A stretch of 64,000 bases of DNA from Atractiella rhizophila (taxonomy: Eukaryota). The stretch is taken from contig MU271318.1 in the NCBI GenBank assembly GCA_021432655.1, forward strand, positions 1 through 64,000, read 5' to 3'. The number at the start of each line of letters is the position of its first letter. Within the stretch, counting starts at the first letter, position 1. This document shows positions 1 through 12,726 of this stretch, in pieces. Position numbers and translations under genes: made by a program. A model generated the notes under the pieces. That model was not told where the DNA came from. It ran no database searches and worked only from the letters and a program-made list of their open reading frames with translations.

Positions 1-1319
1 TGCGCATTCTACACTGGACTAAACTTCTCGCGCTGGTCTGCAGGAGACGCTGAACAACTCGCAGCTATCTTTGCACCAGCGATTTATGGTCTCATTCCAA
101 CTCCAGCTATGCGCTGCACAGTTGCATTACTTGAGTTTATCTACTTCGCCAAACTTCCTGTCTTTGGTGCCGTCGAACGTGAAGGGTTACAGCAAGCGAA
201 GACGCGGTTCTTTGCTGATCTGCCAGCTTTTGCTCGTGTCCGTATTGGTAAAGACGGGGAAGATAAAGGGTTTGACAACATTCCAAAGATTCATTCATTG
301 CATCATTACGACGTTGACATTGCCAATGTTGGACCGGTAACTTTTGTCAGCACAGAGTACTCAGAAAGTCTTCATTCCATTGACCTCAAAGATCCATTCA
401 GAGGGACGAACAAGAACAACGCAGACACCCAGATTTTGAACCGAAACTTCTTGCAAGATGCATTCCAACTCAAAACTGCCTATCTTGAAGATGTTGGCTT
501 ACTTCCAAACGAGGCAGCTCGACCTCGAGGGGCGAGACATGTTGATTATGGAAGCACAGTAGGAGTTTTCATGGCAAAAACTCCAGGTAGGTAAGCTTTG
601 GTTCTCAACAGCTCCAAAAGCTCATACATGGCATAGAGGAAGGATACCCAATGCCAGTGTTGCAAGCAATCGAGAAGGAACAACTCTTCTACCTTCGCTA
701 CCACATTGGCCGCTTTCTAAAGTCACTGGAAACGGGAGAGTATGTCGGCTACGAACATGATGACCAGTTGCCCGATTTTCAGGGTTCCATTACGCGTTTC
801 GGAGCTGTTACCTCTATCTGGAGGAATCTTGCAGCTTTCACAAAGGCGAAACCACTCATCAAGTATTCTATTCGGGCTAAGGACTCTTAGTACGCTCGAG
901 ATATGCCAGGATCCAGCAACGATGCTTTTGAGCGCTTCGACTGCATTGTGATCCGCGAGAAGCGGGCAACAGCAAAGCGTCATTTCCGCCCTGCACAGGT
1001 TCTCCTTCTTTTCAGTCTCGAGTATGAAGGACAGCAGCACGAACTCGCTTTTGTGCAGTATTTCAACCTCGTGGGACATGATGTTGACCCTTCCACACGC
1101 ATGTGGAAGCTCAAAATTGCTGAAGTCTCCGTCAATCGTGAATGAGTTCAGGATGTGGAGGTGCTTCCCATCGACCGCATCATTCGACAGGCACATGTCA
1201 CTCCCATCTTCAAGGCAGAAACTCCTCGCGATCAAAACCGCTCAAACATTCTGGAAAGCCACCGAGAAGCTTGGCTTAACAAGTTCTCAGATCAAGACGC
1301 CTCTTTGCGCTTCATTTGA
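1..1319 (+). mobile_element. 3' part of a degenerate Plavaka-type transposase gene (runs off window start)
   Basis: Motifs FDNIPKIHSLHHY, STEYSESLHSIDLKDPFRGTN, PAQVLLLF, HELAFVQYF and IIRQAHVTPIF...WLNKFSD resemble the Plavaka C-terminus. Probable intron ~591-638. Frame 651-1319 is continuous apart from in-frame stops TAG 888 and TGA 1143. Confidence 0.75.
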
Positions 1320-2349
1320 GAAATTGAAAGTTGCTGGGCACGCTCGCAACGCAACAACTAGCGCTGATTCCACGTAGATAGAAAAGATGAGAAAGGAAAT
1401 ACATTCATGCTTGATCCAAGCTTGCAGTCTGACCGAAAACTCACTCTCTTCCAAGCTTGAAGCTGACATAACAAACCCTCTCACTTTCTCCATTTAGAAC
1501 ACTCACCAGTGTTCATCCTCTCTGCCCATCCCACCATATACTGCTTCCACACCGCAAATACCTCCTGCCCTTTGCCATTTACCCGACATTTTGTTCTCCC
1601 GACGAGTGTGAAACGAAAATTGAACTGGCATTAGAGTTGAGCGCGTTGGATAGCTTCGATGTCGCCTTCCTACTTTTCGCAATCTATAAGAGAACTTGGT
1701 GGTGGGAGAGGTATTCGAAGGAGATGAAGGGAAAGTCAATCGATCGGATAGTTCAGAAATGGGGGTGACTCATAGCCAATGTGGGCTTGTTGATGCATGG
1801 TGCCAGCATCAGCATCACTGCCTCACCGGCTTCACATCTAATAACTGCATGTTTCAACGATACTTAATAAAACAAGTGAGCGATTTATTATTGAGTCATC
1901 GTCATGGCTCGCTATGCCTCCCATAGCGCCATAGGGACCGCTAGGAACCACTCTATAACGAGGTCCTATCATAGATCCCCATAGGGCGAAGGAATGTGCT
2001 GATGTTCGTGTCCCAACTAACCTCCTCAATGAACTAGTTTGCAAGCAGCTAGCAGCACCGAAAATCAGAAGGTTGCGCTTGGATTGTCTGGAGGACGACG
2101 GAGGGAGAGGTCGAGATTCGTTAAGAAGGCGGGAAGTTTTCGTGTGGATGTGATGAAACTCCTGAAATTGAGATGACGAGGAGCTGGAGGCTGGGCTGAA
2201 GGACGTCGCAAGGAGAGATCGTGACTACTGTATCAGAACTAACCTGTGAACTGGTGAAAAGCCTCCCTCAAATATTTGGAATATTCCTGAAGTGTGATCT
2301 GAACCACGAACCTTTGCTGGTTCAAGCTCCGGTTAACCCTCGACTCCCA

Positions 2350-2536
2350 CAACCAGCCGTCTCACACCGTCTCAGCCGTCTTCGAAAGAGGGTTGGTGAT
2401 GAAGGACGGCACCCTGCCGTCCGCCAATCCCGTCCGTCTCCTGGAAAGGAAGTGCCAACGGTCGCGGGACGGGTGGCTGAAAAAGCCGTCCGCCCCGCAC
2501 CATCAGCCGTCTCGACGGTGACGTTGAACAGCCCTA
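2350..2536 (-). mobile_element. Possible hAT-like transposon terminus with subterminal repeats
   Basis: Minus strand begins TAGGGCTGTTCAAC at 2536, followed by many CCGTC/GACGG motifs (CAGCCGTCT x3, GCCGTCCGCC x2). No partner end found. Confidence 0.35.
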
Positions 2537-2879
2537 GTGATTTCGTGTCAGGTGTCCTTGTGGAGCGACTTCCAGAATAAGTCGTCCTGTACCAATGCGG
2601 AAATCCGCAAAAATACATCCGCAGGTTTCACACATTTGGTGGGCGGAGATCGGAGATCAAGTGAGGCCCAATTTATCCTCGAGCAGCCTCATACCCTCTT
2701 CTCCTAGCCACTGTTCCTCCACCCACTCACATGGATCGCCGACAGTCATCCCTTTGTCCCTGAGCATACGGAGCGCAGTCTTCATCCAGCTTCTCTGTGA
2801 GTAAGTGGCGAGGAAAATTCGACGTTTGTCAGCTTGTCACCCCAGTCGGCTCTCTTTGAGGCTTACGAAACCGAGAATT

Positions 2880-2923
2880 GAAGACCAGATTCACTGCCTT
2901 CGAAGACCAGATTCACTGCCTTC
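2880..2923. repeat. Perfect 22-bp tandem duplication abutting the left KDZ terminus
   Basis: GAAGACCAGATTCACTGCCTTC at 2880-2901 and 2902-2923. Confidence 0.9.
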
Positions 2924-2991
2924 GAGACCGTGCCCCAGCCAATTCTCAAAGCAGCTCTGAATTCGTGAATTGGCAGTGTGGTCTTGGGAAA
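2924..2991 (+). repeat. Left imperfect TIR of the KDZ element
   Basis: GAGACC...CCAGCCAATTCTCAAA...GTG..TTGGCAGTG(T/C)GGTC..GGGAAA matches the reverse complement of 10577-10645. Confidence 0.75.
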
Positions 2992-3639
2992 GGCGAATTC
3001 CAAAATAGGAAAGCACTGAAGGCGGGAAGGCACCTCTATATCTGCCTCAATATTCGTCGTATCCCTCTGCTGCTATCTCCTAAAGAGTGTCCTTTATATT
3101 CACCCTGAATTGTACACTAAGTTGAAAATGCACGCCATCCCACGTCTCCCCTGCTCTCCCCTTTAGATTTCACTGCTGTGGTCATGCGAAGAAGAGAAGA
3201 AGCCAGCTGCAGCGTAAGACAGAGCATACAGATGGTAAGCCAGTACATCTTTCATTTGTGTTTGTGTGGAAATGTCTTCTATTGCAATAGTACTATATAA
3301 CGTTCGTCTCTTCCTGACGATCTCTGAGACTACTAGGAAGAAGAAAAGACACCTCGTCTAGCATTGGTAGGCATGAGACATATCCCCTTTCAAGCACCGG
3401 CCTCCGAAGGTTTGTGGCCTCTTCGAGCAGCAACAGTGCCTTTCCCAAACATGACTTACATTTCTTTCATCACTGATGCCGTGTTTTCAGTACTCAGTAC
3501 TCAACTCTTTCAATTGAGCCGTAACATGCCGTTGCATGATATCAATTCAATGTGATTTACTTCCTGAAAGCAGAAATAGACAGAATATGGCACGGCGTCG
3601 ATTTGGACTGGATCATCAAAGCCGTCATCAGTTCCATTC

Positions 3640-5511
3640 GGTAGGAAATGAGAGAAGACATACCTTTACTATCCCTCCAACAGTTGTTTCTTCCTACTAC
3701 GTCCTGGTTTCTCCTGAAGGATGACATTACCTTGTTCTAGCTGTTCAATCAACACTTTTAGCCAGTTCTCATCTGCTCTTCGCAAACCAGCTTGCATGTG
3801 ATGTACGAAGTCCTCCGCACTAAGCACGTCTGATTTTTTACAGTAGAAGCTCCATCCCTTGAAGATTTTGTCAAACTTTGCGACCGGCCATTCCTTGAAG
3901 TCTTGCTGCAATGCATTACCTGTATTTTGAATTTCCTAAGTTCACATTTGTAACCAAATGGGGACAAAGCGCAACTCACTGGCAAGCCGTTTCAACAACT
4001 TTTTTGCGTAAGTTTCTTTTTCATCCCGATACTGGCAATCGTCTAACGAGTGGAGTTGATCTACACAATAAATCAGATGTCTGGTGGTGAGATAGAATTG
4101 TCAACTGACCTTCGTGCTTCCGCAAGTGGTACACCGGCTCTCTCTTGTTTACTGCCTCAGATCGTGCAATCCTGCTAGGGACGGTGTGTGGAGAATGTAT
4201 ATACGCTGCCATGTAGTTTAAAATTGAGAGACCGTGGGTCATGCCCTTGGTTTGAATTCAATTTTCCGTCAGGAGTGTGTTGACAAAGCAACTTGCATTG
4301 TCAGATGACGCTTCCATCTTGAATGCCCCATTTCGAGCCTGCGATGAAACGCAGAAAATGACGAATTCACAGTGGGCAGCAGCAGACACATTGTTGATCT
4401 AGAGACATTCGTGAACTCAGTGCAGTCATAATGGTGGCAGCGAATAGACTGACCTCTCTTTTTGCCTTCTGCATATAGGCTCTAGCTGTGCTCTCATCAT
4501 CGGCATGTGACACCTTGAAGCTGTGGAAGCTGCTTTCCGAAGCCGCTTTGATCTTCTCAGCCTGTAGAAACAGATGTTCTTCCCCCGCCTCAATGGCAGC
4601 AGCTTTCAACTCTTCATACTTCTTGCCCAACATCTTCCCCCTATCGCCACCTCTGCGCATAGATCTGACTTATAAAACAATGTATTATCATATTTGTTCA
4701 CAGGCTGGAGGTGAATAGCATATCACGTACACTCTTTGGATTGTGAAATTGTCTGGGCAGCCGGATGATACTTCACAAAGATGTTGTATTCATTCAGTTT
4801 TGTCTGTACAACGCTAGTATGCTCTATTAGTACTGCCACCTTTTTCACTTGAGATAGAATCACTGACCTATAGTGTGGTGCACTGTCGGGATGTACACCA
4901 AGTTCAATGGCTTTGACAATCATCTCACGCTCTTGCCGCTCCCTCAAAGCTGAGAACTCCTCCCTTTGCACGTTATTCAACGGCTGTTTATAAGCCAACC
5001 CACGCGCAAAGGATAGAAGGGCTGAATTCGTTGTGTTATCCAAGTCCACATGCTTTTCAAGATAATCAAGGCGTTCTTGATGAAATCGAGATTCGAGGCC
5101 GGCTGGAGCGTGGGACTTTGAACTGAGGTGGTGCGACATGGGTAGTGAGGAAGGTGTGCTTGGTTCTGCTGGCGAGGCAGAATTGGTAGATGGATTTGTC
5201 GTGGGCTTGAGCGAATGTTTGAGGAAGGATCGCTGGGAATGAGAGGAATTTTCAACGGGTAGATTCGGTAAACCTGAGGAAAGGAAAGATGGTACTTGGA
5301 CTGATGAAGGAGTGGGAAGGGACTGTATATTGAGAGCAGATGAACCGGTACTCTTGTAGGAGTTCATGAAAGTTGGCATCGGCAGATAGGAGGTTGAAAG
5401 TGAAGGCGAATTAGCGATTGAAGAAGTTGTGGCCGTTACAGGGTGATCAGGGTCCTGATTAAATGCCATTCCCTTTTCCAGTGCGAAAGAGAATGACCGG
5501 CATCTTTCCAT
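3640..5511 (-). CDS. Multi-exon accessory gene of the KDZ element (S/P-rich N-terminus, possible HMG-box-like segment); boundaries approximate
   Basis: Collinear ORFs 4723-5511, 4367-4660, 4021-4242 and 3669-3985, with GT-AG intron-like gaps. LNEYNIFVKYHPAA...GKMLGKKYEEL is reminiscent of HMG-like domains reported next to KDZ transposases (inference). Confidence 0.5.
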
Positions 5512-6888
5512 ACATCAGAGACAAAAAAAGGATTGTCCACAACTGAATTAAAGAGGTGATTTGAATATTGATGAGTGTCATTTTGTGTAGCATATGCTAG
5601 CAATTGTATCCGTTGACTTTTAGGATATCCCTTCAGCAAATGAGAAAAATACGCATAAAGTCTCTGATTAGTAGTGTTAAATCCATTTATACCTCCATAT
5701 TAGGCTCTGGACGATTACGTTCTCCCACTAACCGCTCAAATCCTTGACAGCTTTCAGAAACAGGCCAGCAGTGATCATTCGATGTATTGTCCATGAATTT
5801 GAATATCTGAAGGATTGTCGTATCTAGATTGCATGTCAATATGCTGAAAGCTTGAGAGGATAGGGAATAACTCACTAGATATTAGAGACACGAAAAAAAT
5901 ACGCTGAGGTTGCTGTAGTCAGCACGGAACGAAAAGAAAGGGGTAGCTCACGTGATTATGACACGTCTAGGAGTTCGTGTTTTCAAAGATGTTTAGCTTC
6001 TTAAAGATAATCAGATATTCATATGTGAATGCTAATATGGTACGCTTTACTTTGCATGAGTTAATAGCTACGGCTGGAATGATATCCGATTGCCAGATGC
6101 TATATAAATCTCTCACCGATTCCTTTGTGGTAATGAAAATCATAAGGAAGTAAAGTGAACACTCAAATGGTATTAATCAATAGAAGAAGGAGTCATCCTT
6201 ACCTTAATATCTAACAATTTTAGCCGTAGCTAAAAAGAGCATTAAGAGAAGTCGGACAAGGCAGTTGTCATCGCTTGCTTGTTGCCCTTTAAGTACTGCC
6301 AAGCTATTGCTTTCAAGTTTTCAATGCGCTTTTGTGTGATACGAGATTTGGGTAAGGTGAATAGGAAGAAATGAAACGCATTGTCAAAGGATTATTCATC
6401 AAACTTAAGCGAAAAATAATTATTCTTGGTAATTGAATGAGATTGTGTATGGTAGCCAGCAATATCGAAGCAATAGGCAATATCCAAGAACATGTTGATG
6501 GCTGCGGCATGTTTCTTTCTGCTACTGGGATCATAGGTATATTGATAATATTGATTGATTGAATGATAATATCTTTAAGAAAAGTATAACGAGACAAGTT
6601 TTGACAACAAACTCACGAGTTCTAAGCAGTACATTAAACGCGTCAATACTTATATCCGTATTGCAATGTCAGCATTCCTGCATCACTGCCACCATGGGTT
6701 TCCACCATAACCCACATCGTTGTTTGTGACAGCTACAGCTCAATGCTCAGCCAGCTCGAGTAAATGAATCTTACCAATTGGGGAATTTGGTCCGTGTCCA
6801 ATGCGTTCAATCAAGAATTCGAACACCAACTCAAAACAACTCTCTTCTGATATCAAAGGAGCACGATGTTAAGGAGAAAGAATGGAAT

Positions 6889-9800
6889 TTATTCTAAAGT
6901 GCTATCATCAAAAAAATTTACAGTACATTCTGCTTCCTGCAACTCTTCTGCAAAGTCAACTTCTTCAATACCCTCTTCGAATGCATCTTCATCTTCCCAC
7001 TCTTGCTCAAAATCTTCAGTGGAACTTCCTACCACCTCTGATCCTGTCCGAAGTCTGCCCAACCAGGCATGTACACCTTCCTCTTCGCTCCTTGTTTCTT
7101 CCCAAACCCAAGAGAGATAATTAAACCATACTTGTTCAAGGAATCGTAAACGACTCAATTCCTTCTGAAGGAGATGGAGTGTGGACCGTGCACGTTTGAG
7201 TGGTGAGATGGACGGGTTCTGGGTTAACTGAATATATGCTGACGGTTGACAGAACGGTGGGGGGGTTGCTGTAGCGGAAGGGTTATGACGGGAAGAGGAG
7301 TCTATCACTACCATTCCAAAGCATTAGCACAGAAAAATCGTCACAAGGAGAAAAAGACACACATGTAGAAAGATAATCTATGCCCCGAGTAAACTCCAAC
7401 CGTCTCTCGTTTGCCCAAGCCATCGCACGACGCACTTCCCACCCTACTCGCCTTAGCTCCTCCACTGCACGATCCCGCTCCATGGCCGTTCGTATCCCTG
7501 CCTGGGTGATCACATCTGTTTGCCACAGCCCTCGGGCACACGTCGTGAAGCCATCATTCCAGAAAGGGTCATCGAGGGAAAGGGACTTGAGTTCGTCATA
7601 AGTTGACAATTTTTTCGGGAGTGCTTCGTCAGGAAAGTCTTGTTGTACTTCGCAACATGCCGAAGGTAGGCATTGAAGGTTGTTTTGGCGGCAGCGTGAT
7701 GTTTGGATACAGAGGCAAGGATACGTTCACGCTTCTTGTATCCTACAAGAATTAGTCTTGATAATGATTCCTGAGGTTGACAAACCTGTCAAATAACCCC
7801 CGCGTCGTTCTTTGGCAAGAGTGATCGGACGCAGTTCTTCCTTAATACGAAGGTGACGCCGTTGCAATTCTAGTTTTGCATGCCGAATAAGGAGAAGCTG
7901 TTTTCTCCTCTCTTCTGTTATTTAACACATTGCAACGTAAGCATCCGGCCTAGAGAGCGAGAAGCACCTTACTTTCAGCAGGACGGGGGTCACGAAATGC
8001 ACCTCCCAACTCCTGTGCGAGTAGTTCCAATTCCGCACTATATTTGTCCATTGCGGCAAGCGCCTTTGCGGCTGTTTCTGGAAGGATCTGGCGTGTGGAC
8101 TCAAGTGTTCTTCTACCCTGATGGATCAGCAATGCGATAAAGACTGAAGGAGAGCATACATACGCAGTTTGTTCTAGTCGATACTGCAGGCCAAAGAATG
8201 CACCTAGTTTCTCCTCTGCCTCCTTTTGTCGAGTTTTTTTGGACTCTTGACCAAGGTCTCTCTTCTCCTGTCTCCATTGTTCGTAGAAAAACGCTTCAGT
8301 GTATTTTGACCCTGGGTGGTGAATGTTGTCGATGGATTTGAGAAAGTCGAGTCGCTTGGACGCCTGCCGCAAAGAGGTTGTAGCATTAGCATACTTTCAA
8401 CGAAGGGTTACAGCTATAGACGCACCTGTGAGCGTGCTGAATATAATTGGAACAAGTGGACGACATACCGACACCCACAAGTCCTTCTTCAACAATGTGC
8501 TGAGCTCGAAACTCAATGGTGAGGAGGCGGTTGTTACGCATCATGTAACGGCATCCTCCAATGATGGAGGACATCTTGCTCCATGTCCGCTCCGTTCCTT
8601 CACCCTCTGACTGGCCAAATCCAGTGGAGTACTTGGAGTTGTAATTGATCTGGCAGTCCCAACCATGAGCATAGCCATGAAAGGTCGGAAGACGGGCTTG
8701 AATTCGCTCTCGGATGTCAGTGGGGAGGAGGTTACGCTGACAATACATTCTCAATGACATTCCACGATTGAGGTACTACGCACTTTGTCCACATGCTTTT
8801 CGAAATTGCAGGCGATATCATATTGGGCTCCAAATCGTCGGTCCACGAAAGCTTGAGCAAGGTATTTAACAACCGCGACGGAATAGCAAAGTCTGAAGAC
8901 AGTCAATAAGGTATAAATTCATATGCAAGACTCTGTACTTCTCTCCCGATTTGAAGATGTTTGCAAAGATCAATGGTTGATCATGGCGGCAAACAGCAGC
9001 AAAGAGCCCCGTGTCATCTGAGTTCTTGAAGCTTGACTGGCTCCGTTTGTCGTCTGCAGCTTTGAAAGACTCCGTGCAAGCGTCCTGGTGACATCTAATA
9101 CTTCAGTCTTGATATAGCGGAAGTACATACCTTGTCATGGGACTTATACTTGCTAGTAGCTGTTTCATTCGTTTCTCGTGCGTCATCAATGGCCTCCTGA
9201 GGGATGAATGATGGAGGATGGCGAAGAGGAATGGCATTGATGGTGCTATTTGCTTGATGCCGCTGAACGAAGTTGCCATCCATACTGAAGATGTTGTCCG
9301 GCACTTTGTCTTCTTTTCGCTCGTTCTCCATTGGTCCGAAGCAGGGGGGGCAGATCATCGCGAGCCGATCAGAGTTGCGATGATTCAATGTCTCTTCAAG
9401 CAGTTGTTGCACTCCTAGGAGGATGCACCGGAACACAGAGACCGTCTTCCCAAATGGAATGCGAAACGACCGTGCCTGGTCCCAAAGTGAACACTTAGCA
9501 CATAACCCTAACATGGAGCAGGAACATATGAAGGCGCTTGGGCGAACGGTGTGGAAGACGAGCAAGGGATGGCGGACATACTTGATCAGTCCCGCGTCCT
9601 TTCAAAGCAGTCGATTTGCCAGGTAGCAGATGAAGATATTTCTGCCATCCCTCAATCCAGCTTTGGATTGAAATTCCGGAAGGCGCCCACATAGAATGAT
9701 GAAAGCGAAGGAAGCGGATAGAGAAGGCGGTTCGAGGGGAGTGGGGAGAGGCGGGGAGATATCCCATGCAGAGAAGTCGGACTGGCTCTGGAGTACATCT

Positions 9801-10490
9801 GCAGAAAGACACCGTCGCACGGCGTTCACCTTCCCAACAACCCCATGACCTCGTGTTCAACGTAAGGAGAGGCAGCATACCTAGGATATCCAGCAAATCT
9901 ACTTCTTTCTCACTCCTATCGCCCTGCTCGCAGCGACAAAGAAAGACCTCCCCAACCCGATCCTTGAAAGCTTCCTCGCCATCCGCCCAACCTCCACTCC
10001 AACCTTCTAGCAATAAATAATGCGCCACCATCTCTGGCATCAGTTCAGTCCAGCGTCTATCCTCTTCGACAAGCTTGCTAACATAACGTTCTGATCGATA
10101 GCTCTTGCGAAGGAATTGTCGAGCGCGATCCAAACTGGACTGGCTTGGGTCGGAGTGCGGTGTCACCATCCTCCCATTCCCAATCAAATGGTTGTGCACC
10201 TTCTGAAATATTCGTGAGAGGGATGGCTAAGGAGTTTGGTGATGGAGGGGAGGAAGGAGAGGAATGCGAGAAGTCGATGGCACCCATAATCACGTCCTGG
10301 GTTCGAGATTTGGCAAGAAATACGTCTGCTCTTCTGCCTGACAGACGACCTGAGCTGGTGAACAACGTTGTCTTTCCATTATCCTTGAGCGGTCTGACAC
10401 GCCGGCCGTTTCGCGAACGCTTCGTGGGAGCGAGGTTGTCGAGGCTATGGAGGGTGGATTGGGGATGGGCTGGTCGGTTCGGTTTAGACG
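6889..10490 (-). CDS. CxC1-type KDZ transposase, multi-exon (start approximate; one or two apparent frameshifts)
   Basis: CxC1-like CRC...FCRCTPEPVRLLCMGYLPASPHSPRTAFSIRFLRFHH. KDZ core CPPCFG, FSMDGNF, DTGLFAAVCRHD, QYDIAC, PTFHGYAHGWDCQ, GFGQSEGEGTERTWS. C-terminal DDPFWNDG...RAVEELRRVGWE and an acidic tail. Confidence 0.9.
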
Positions 10491-10576
10491 CTCAAGGTGG
10501 TTCACGAACGTACGCATCTTAAAGCTTGAAGGAGGGAGGATGGGAGCAGTTGTTATGATGTGGTCAGAGTTGTCAT

Positions 10577-10645
10577 TTTCCCGACCGCACTGCCAACCCA
10601 CAAGTTGTGAATAGTTTTGAGAATTGGCTGGCATGCTGGTCTCAG
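10577..10645 (-). repeat. Right imperfect TIR of the KDZ element
   Basis: Minus strand reads GAGACCAGCATGCCAGCCAATTCTCAAAACTATTCACAACTTGTGGGTTGGCAGTGCGGTCGGGAAA, matching 2924-2991. Confidence 0.75.
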
Positions 10646-11963
10646 TGATGATCAAGCTTGGCGAAAACGGTCCTGAGTAGCTGTTCCGCACAATCCTCTT
10701 TTCCCGTGTACAGGTGGTTGAACAGCGTCAGCAAGGCTGTATCGCTTAGGCCTCGAATCGATAGCTCTCGAAATTTCACATCTGTGACGTTCACTCGATA
10801 GATTTGATGTCCCCGATGTGCCACGATGAGAATGGACCCCGAGGTGCTCTTGGCAGAAAGGAGAGTTTGAAAGAATGACTGCAAGTGCTCCGTATCACGC
10901 TTTGCGGTGGTTTCAAAATTGTCCAAGATAAGGAGACATGTACGCCTTCGTGCAGCCAACAACGTTGTTCTTTCGCTCCCATTCCTCTCACCTGAAGTCT
11001 CCGAATGTATCAACCGAGAAGCAATGATAGCAATGACCCATCTCACGATCCTGCATCTTCACTTTTACGTCCTTCGAAATGTTTGAGACTATCGCTTTCA
11101 GCGCTTCCTCGATAACATCCCGAATGGAGCTCCACTCAACGGCCCGTGCAACTCCTGGGCCGAGAGACACAAGACAGGCAATCTCACTGCTAGGCCCCCA
11201 AATCCGCTTGGCTTCGTCGACAGCTACCGATGTAGGGTTGTTGGCACTAAGCTGAACGTAGACGGTAGAATCTTCGTTTATAGGAGTAAGGAAAGGAGGA
11301 CAGGCAGAGGTAGCCCTTGCAGCTTTCCGGACGAAATATGAGCAAGCGGATCGAGAGGCAGATCCAGCATGATGAATGTCGTAAGTGCGCATTTCCGTGG
11401 AAACGACAACGCTGGCTTGATAGGTAGAGAGGACGAACGTCCTGCACCTATCCTTCGGAAAAGGGACCTTCATAGGAAGGGGCTTCGTGGGATCTTTAGG
11501 AGGGGGCGTGTGTCGCTGGATGATGGAGATCAGAGTCTCTTCGAGCTTCTTTGCCGAGAACAAGTACTTGCCACTGGGGTCCGAATCCTCTTCAACAAAG
11601 CCATCTCGCGCGATCTCTTCGTACGCTGTAATGCACTGCCGTACTGTCATCCCCAGCCTTCCAAGCCTAAGTGCGATCCACCCGCCAGTAGAAGTCCCAC
11701 ATGAGATCGAAGGCATCGCAAGGTCGAAACTCTTCGTCCTCCGGGACTTTGAGAAGATGTGCAGCTTGACGCATGATGGATTCGAGCATGTAGACTGCTG
11801 AGATAGTACTGACGCCTCCATTGTCGATAGAGAGGACCGGTAGTCCGAGCGGATTCGCTTTCTTGATCTCGTCAGGGACTGTGAACACCTTGACGGAATT
11901 CGAGGGCAGTAGGGCAAAGTAACAGATTGTTCGATTGTAGTTTGAGCGTCGAAGAACAGCCAT
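10646..11963 (-). pseudogene. Patatin-NB-ARC NLR pseudogene, paralog of 34953-38371
   Basis: VLSIDNGG, RPCDAFDL, GTSTGGWIALRLGRLGM, ARATSACP, CLVSLGPG, then ILDNFE. Frameshift ~11700 and stop at 10988. An internal deletion removes the P-loop, and the gene is cut after LDHH at the KDZ terminus. Confidence 0.85.
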
Positions 11964-12726
11964 TGGTATCGTGGTTAAAGGTGAAAAGGAAGGAACTGCC
12001 TGAGGCTGGTACAATCTAGTCCCACTTCCGTTAGCCGTTAGCCTTGCTTCTGTGCGTTTCTTGGATACAATAGAAATGAATCCAGCTTTGTGCCTTTGTT
12101 AAAATTGAGGGAGCGATTGGTCGCAACCTCGCCAAACGCAGTGCTACTCAGTTCGTTCCCTTTGTGCCGTCAAAGCTGGCACTGTACCTTTCTCTGAACT
12201 GCACGTGGGTCTTTCCCGTTGTTAAATGAATTAAGTCTTGTAAGTCTTTTTGGAAACTCTGCCAGCATGATCCCTCGGCCCCAATTCTAGAATGAGGACG
12301 TTTTCTTGCTACTTCTAGTGCGTGAAAAACTCTTAGTTGCGAACCAAGCTTGTTTTCAATTCGCACCTTGGGCTTCTTTACGACCTAAGTGTGGTCTCTC
12401 ACTTGTCGACAGATTCAAGAAGTGTTCGACATGGACGTGCAGAAACACCTTAACTCCTCGTCTGGAATTCTACATGTTTGGACTTGACAGCTTCCTCGGA
12501 GTAAATTTGAACTGTCTCGAAGCACCGCAATTTCTGGATGAGCGATGAGAGGACACAGTTGAAAAGCAGGGTTCTAACCTTGCAAACAATCAAAGTTATA
12601 CTTCAGATACGGTCCATTGATGATCAGTTATAAAGATAAAGGGAAAGGCTAGCTTGTTCCTGCACTTTTCGCTCTTCCCCAGACTCCTCCTTTCCCTCGG
12701 CTTCTCCTTTCTAGCTGGCTCTCCCA

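Larger units (their letters stand above)
2924..10645 (-). mobile_element. KDZ (Kyakuja-Dileera-Zisupton) DNA transposon, ~7.7 kb, two genes, imperfect TIRs
   Basis: A CxC1-KDZ transposase and an accessory gene lie on the minus strand between ~68-bp imperfect inverted repeats starting GAGACC. The right end truncates an NLR paralog. Confidence 0.7.

Noticed and set aside
5512..6888. Possible TET/JBP dioxygenase inside the KDZ element
   Set aside because: Only short AT-rich ORFs are present, and no HxD...H...R 2OG-Fe(II) pattern was recognised.
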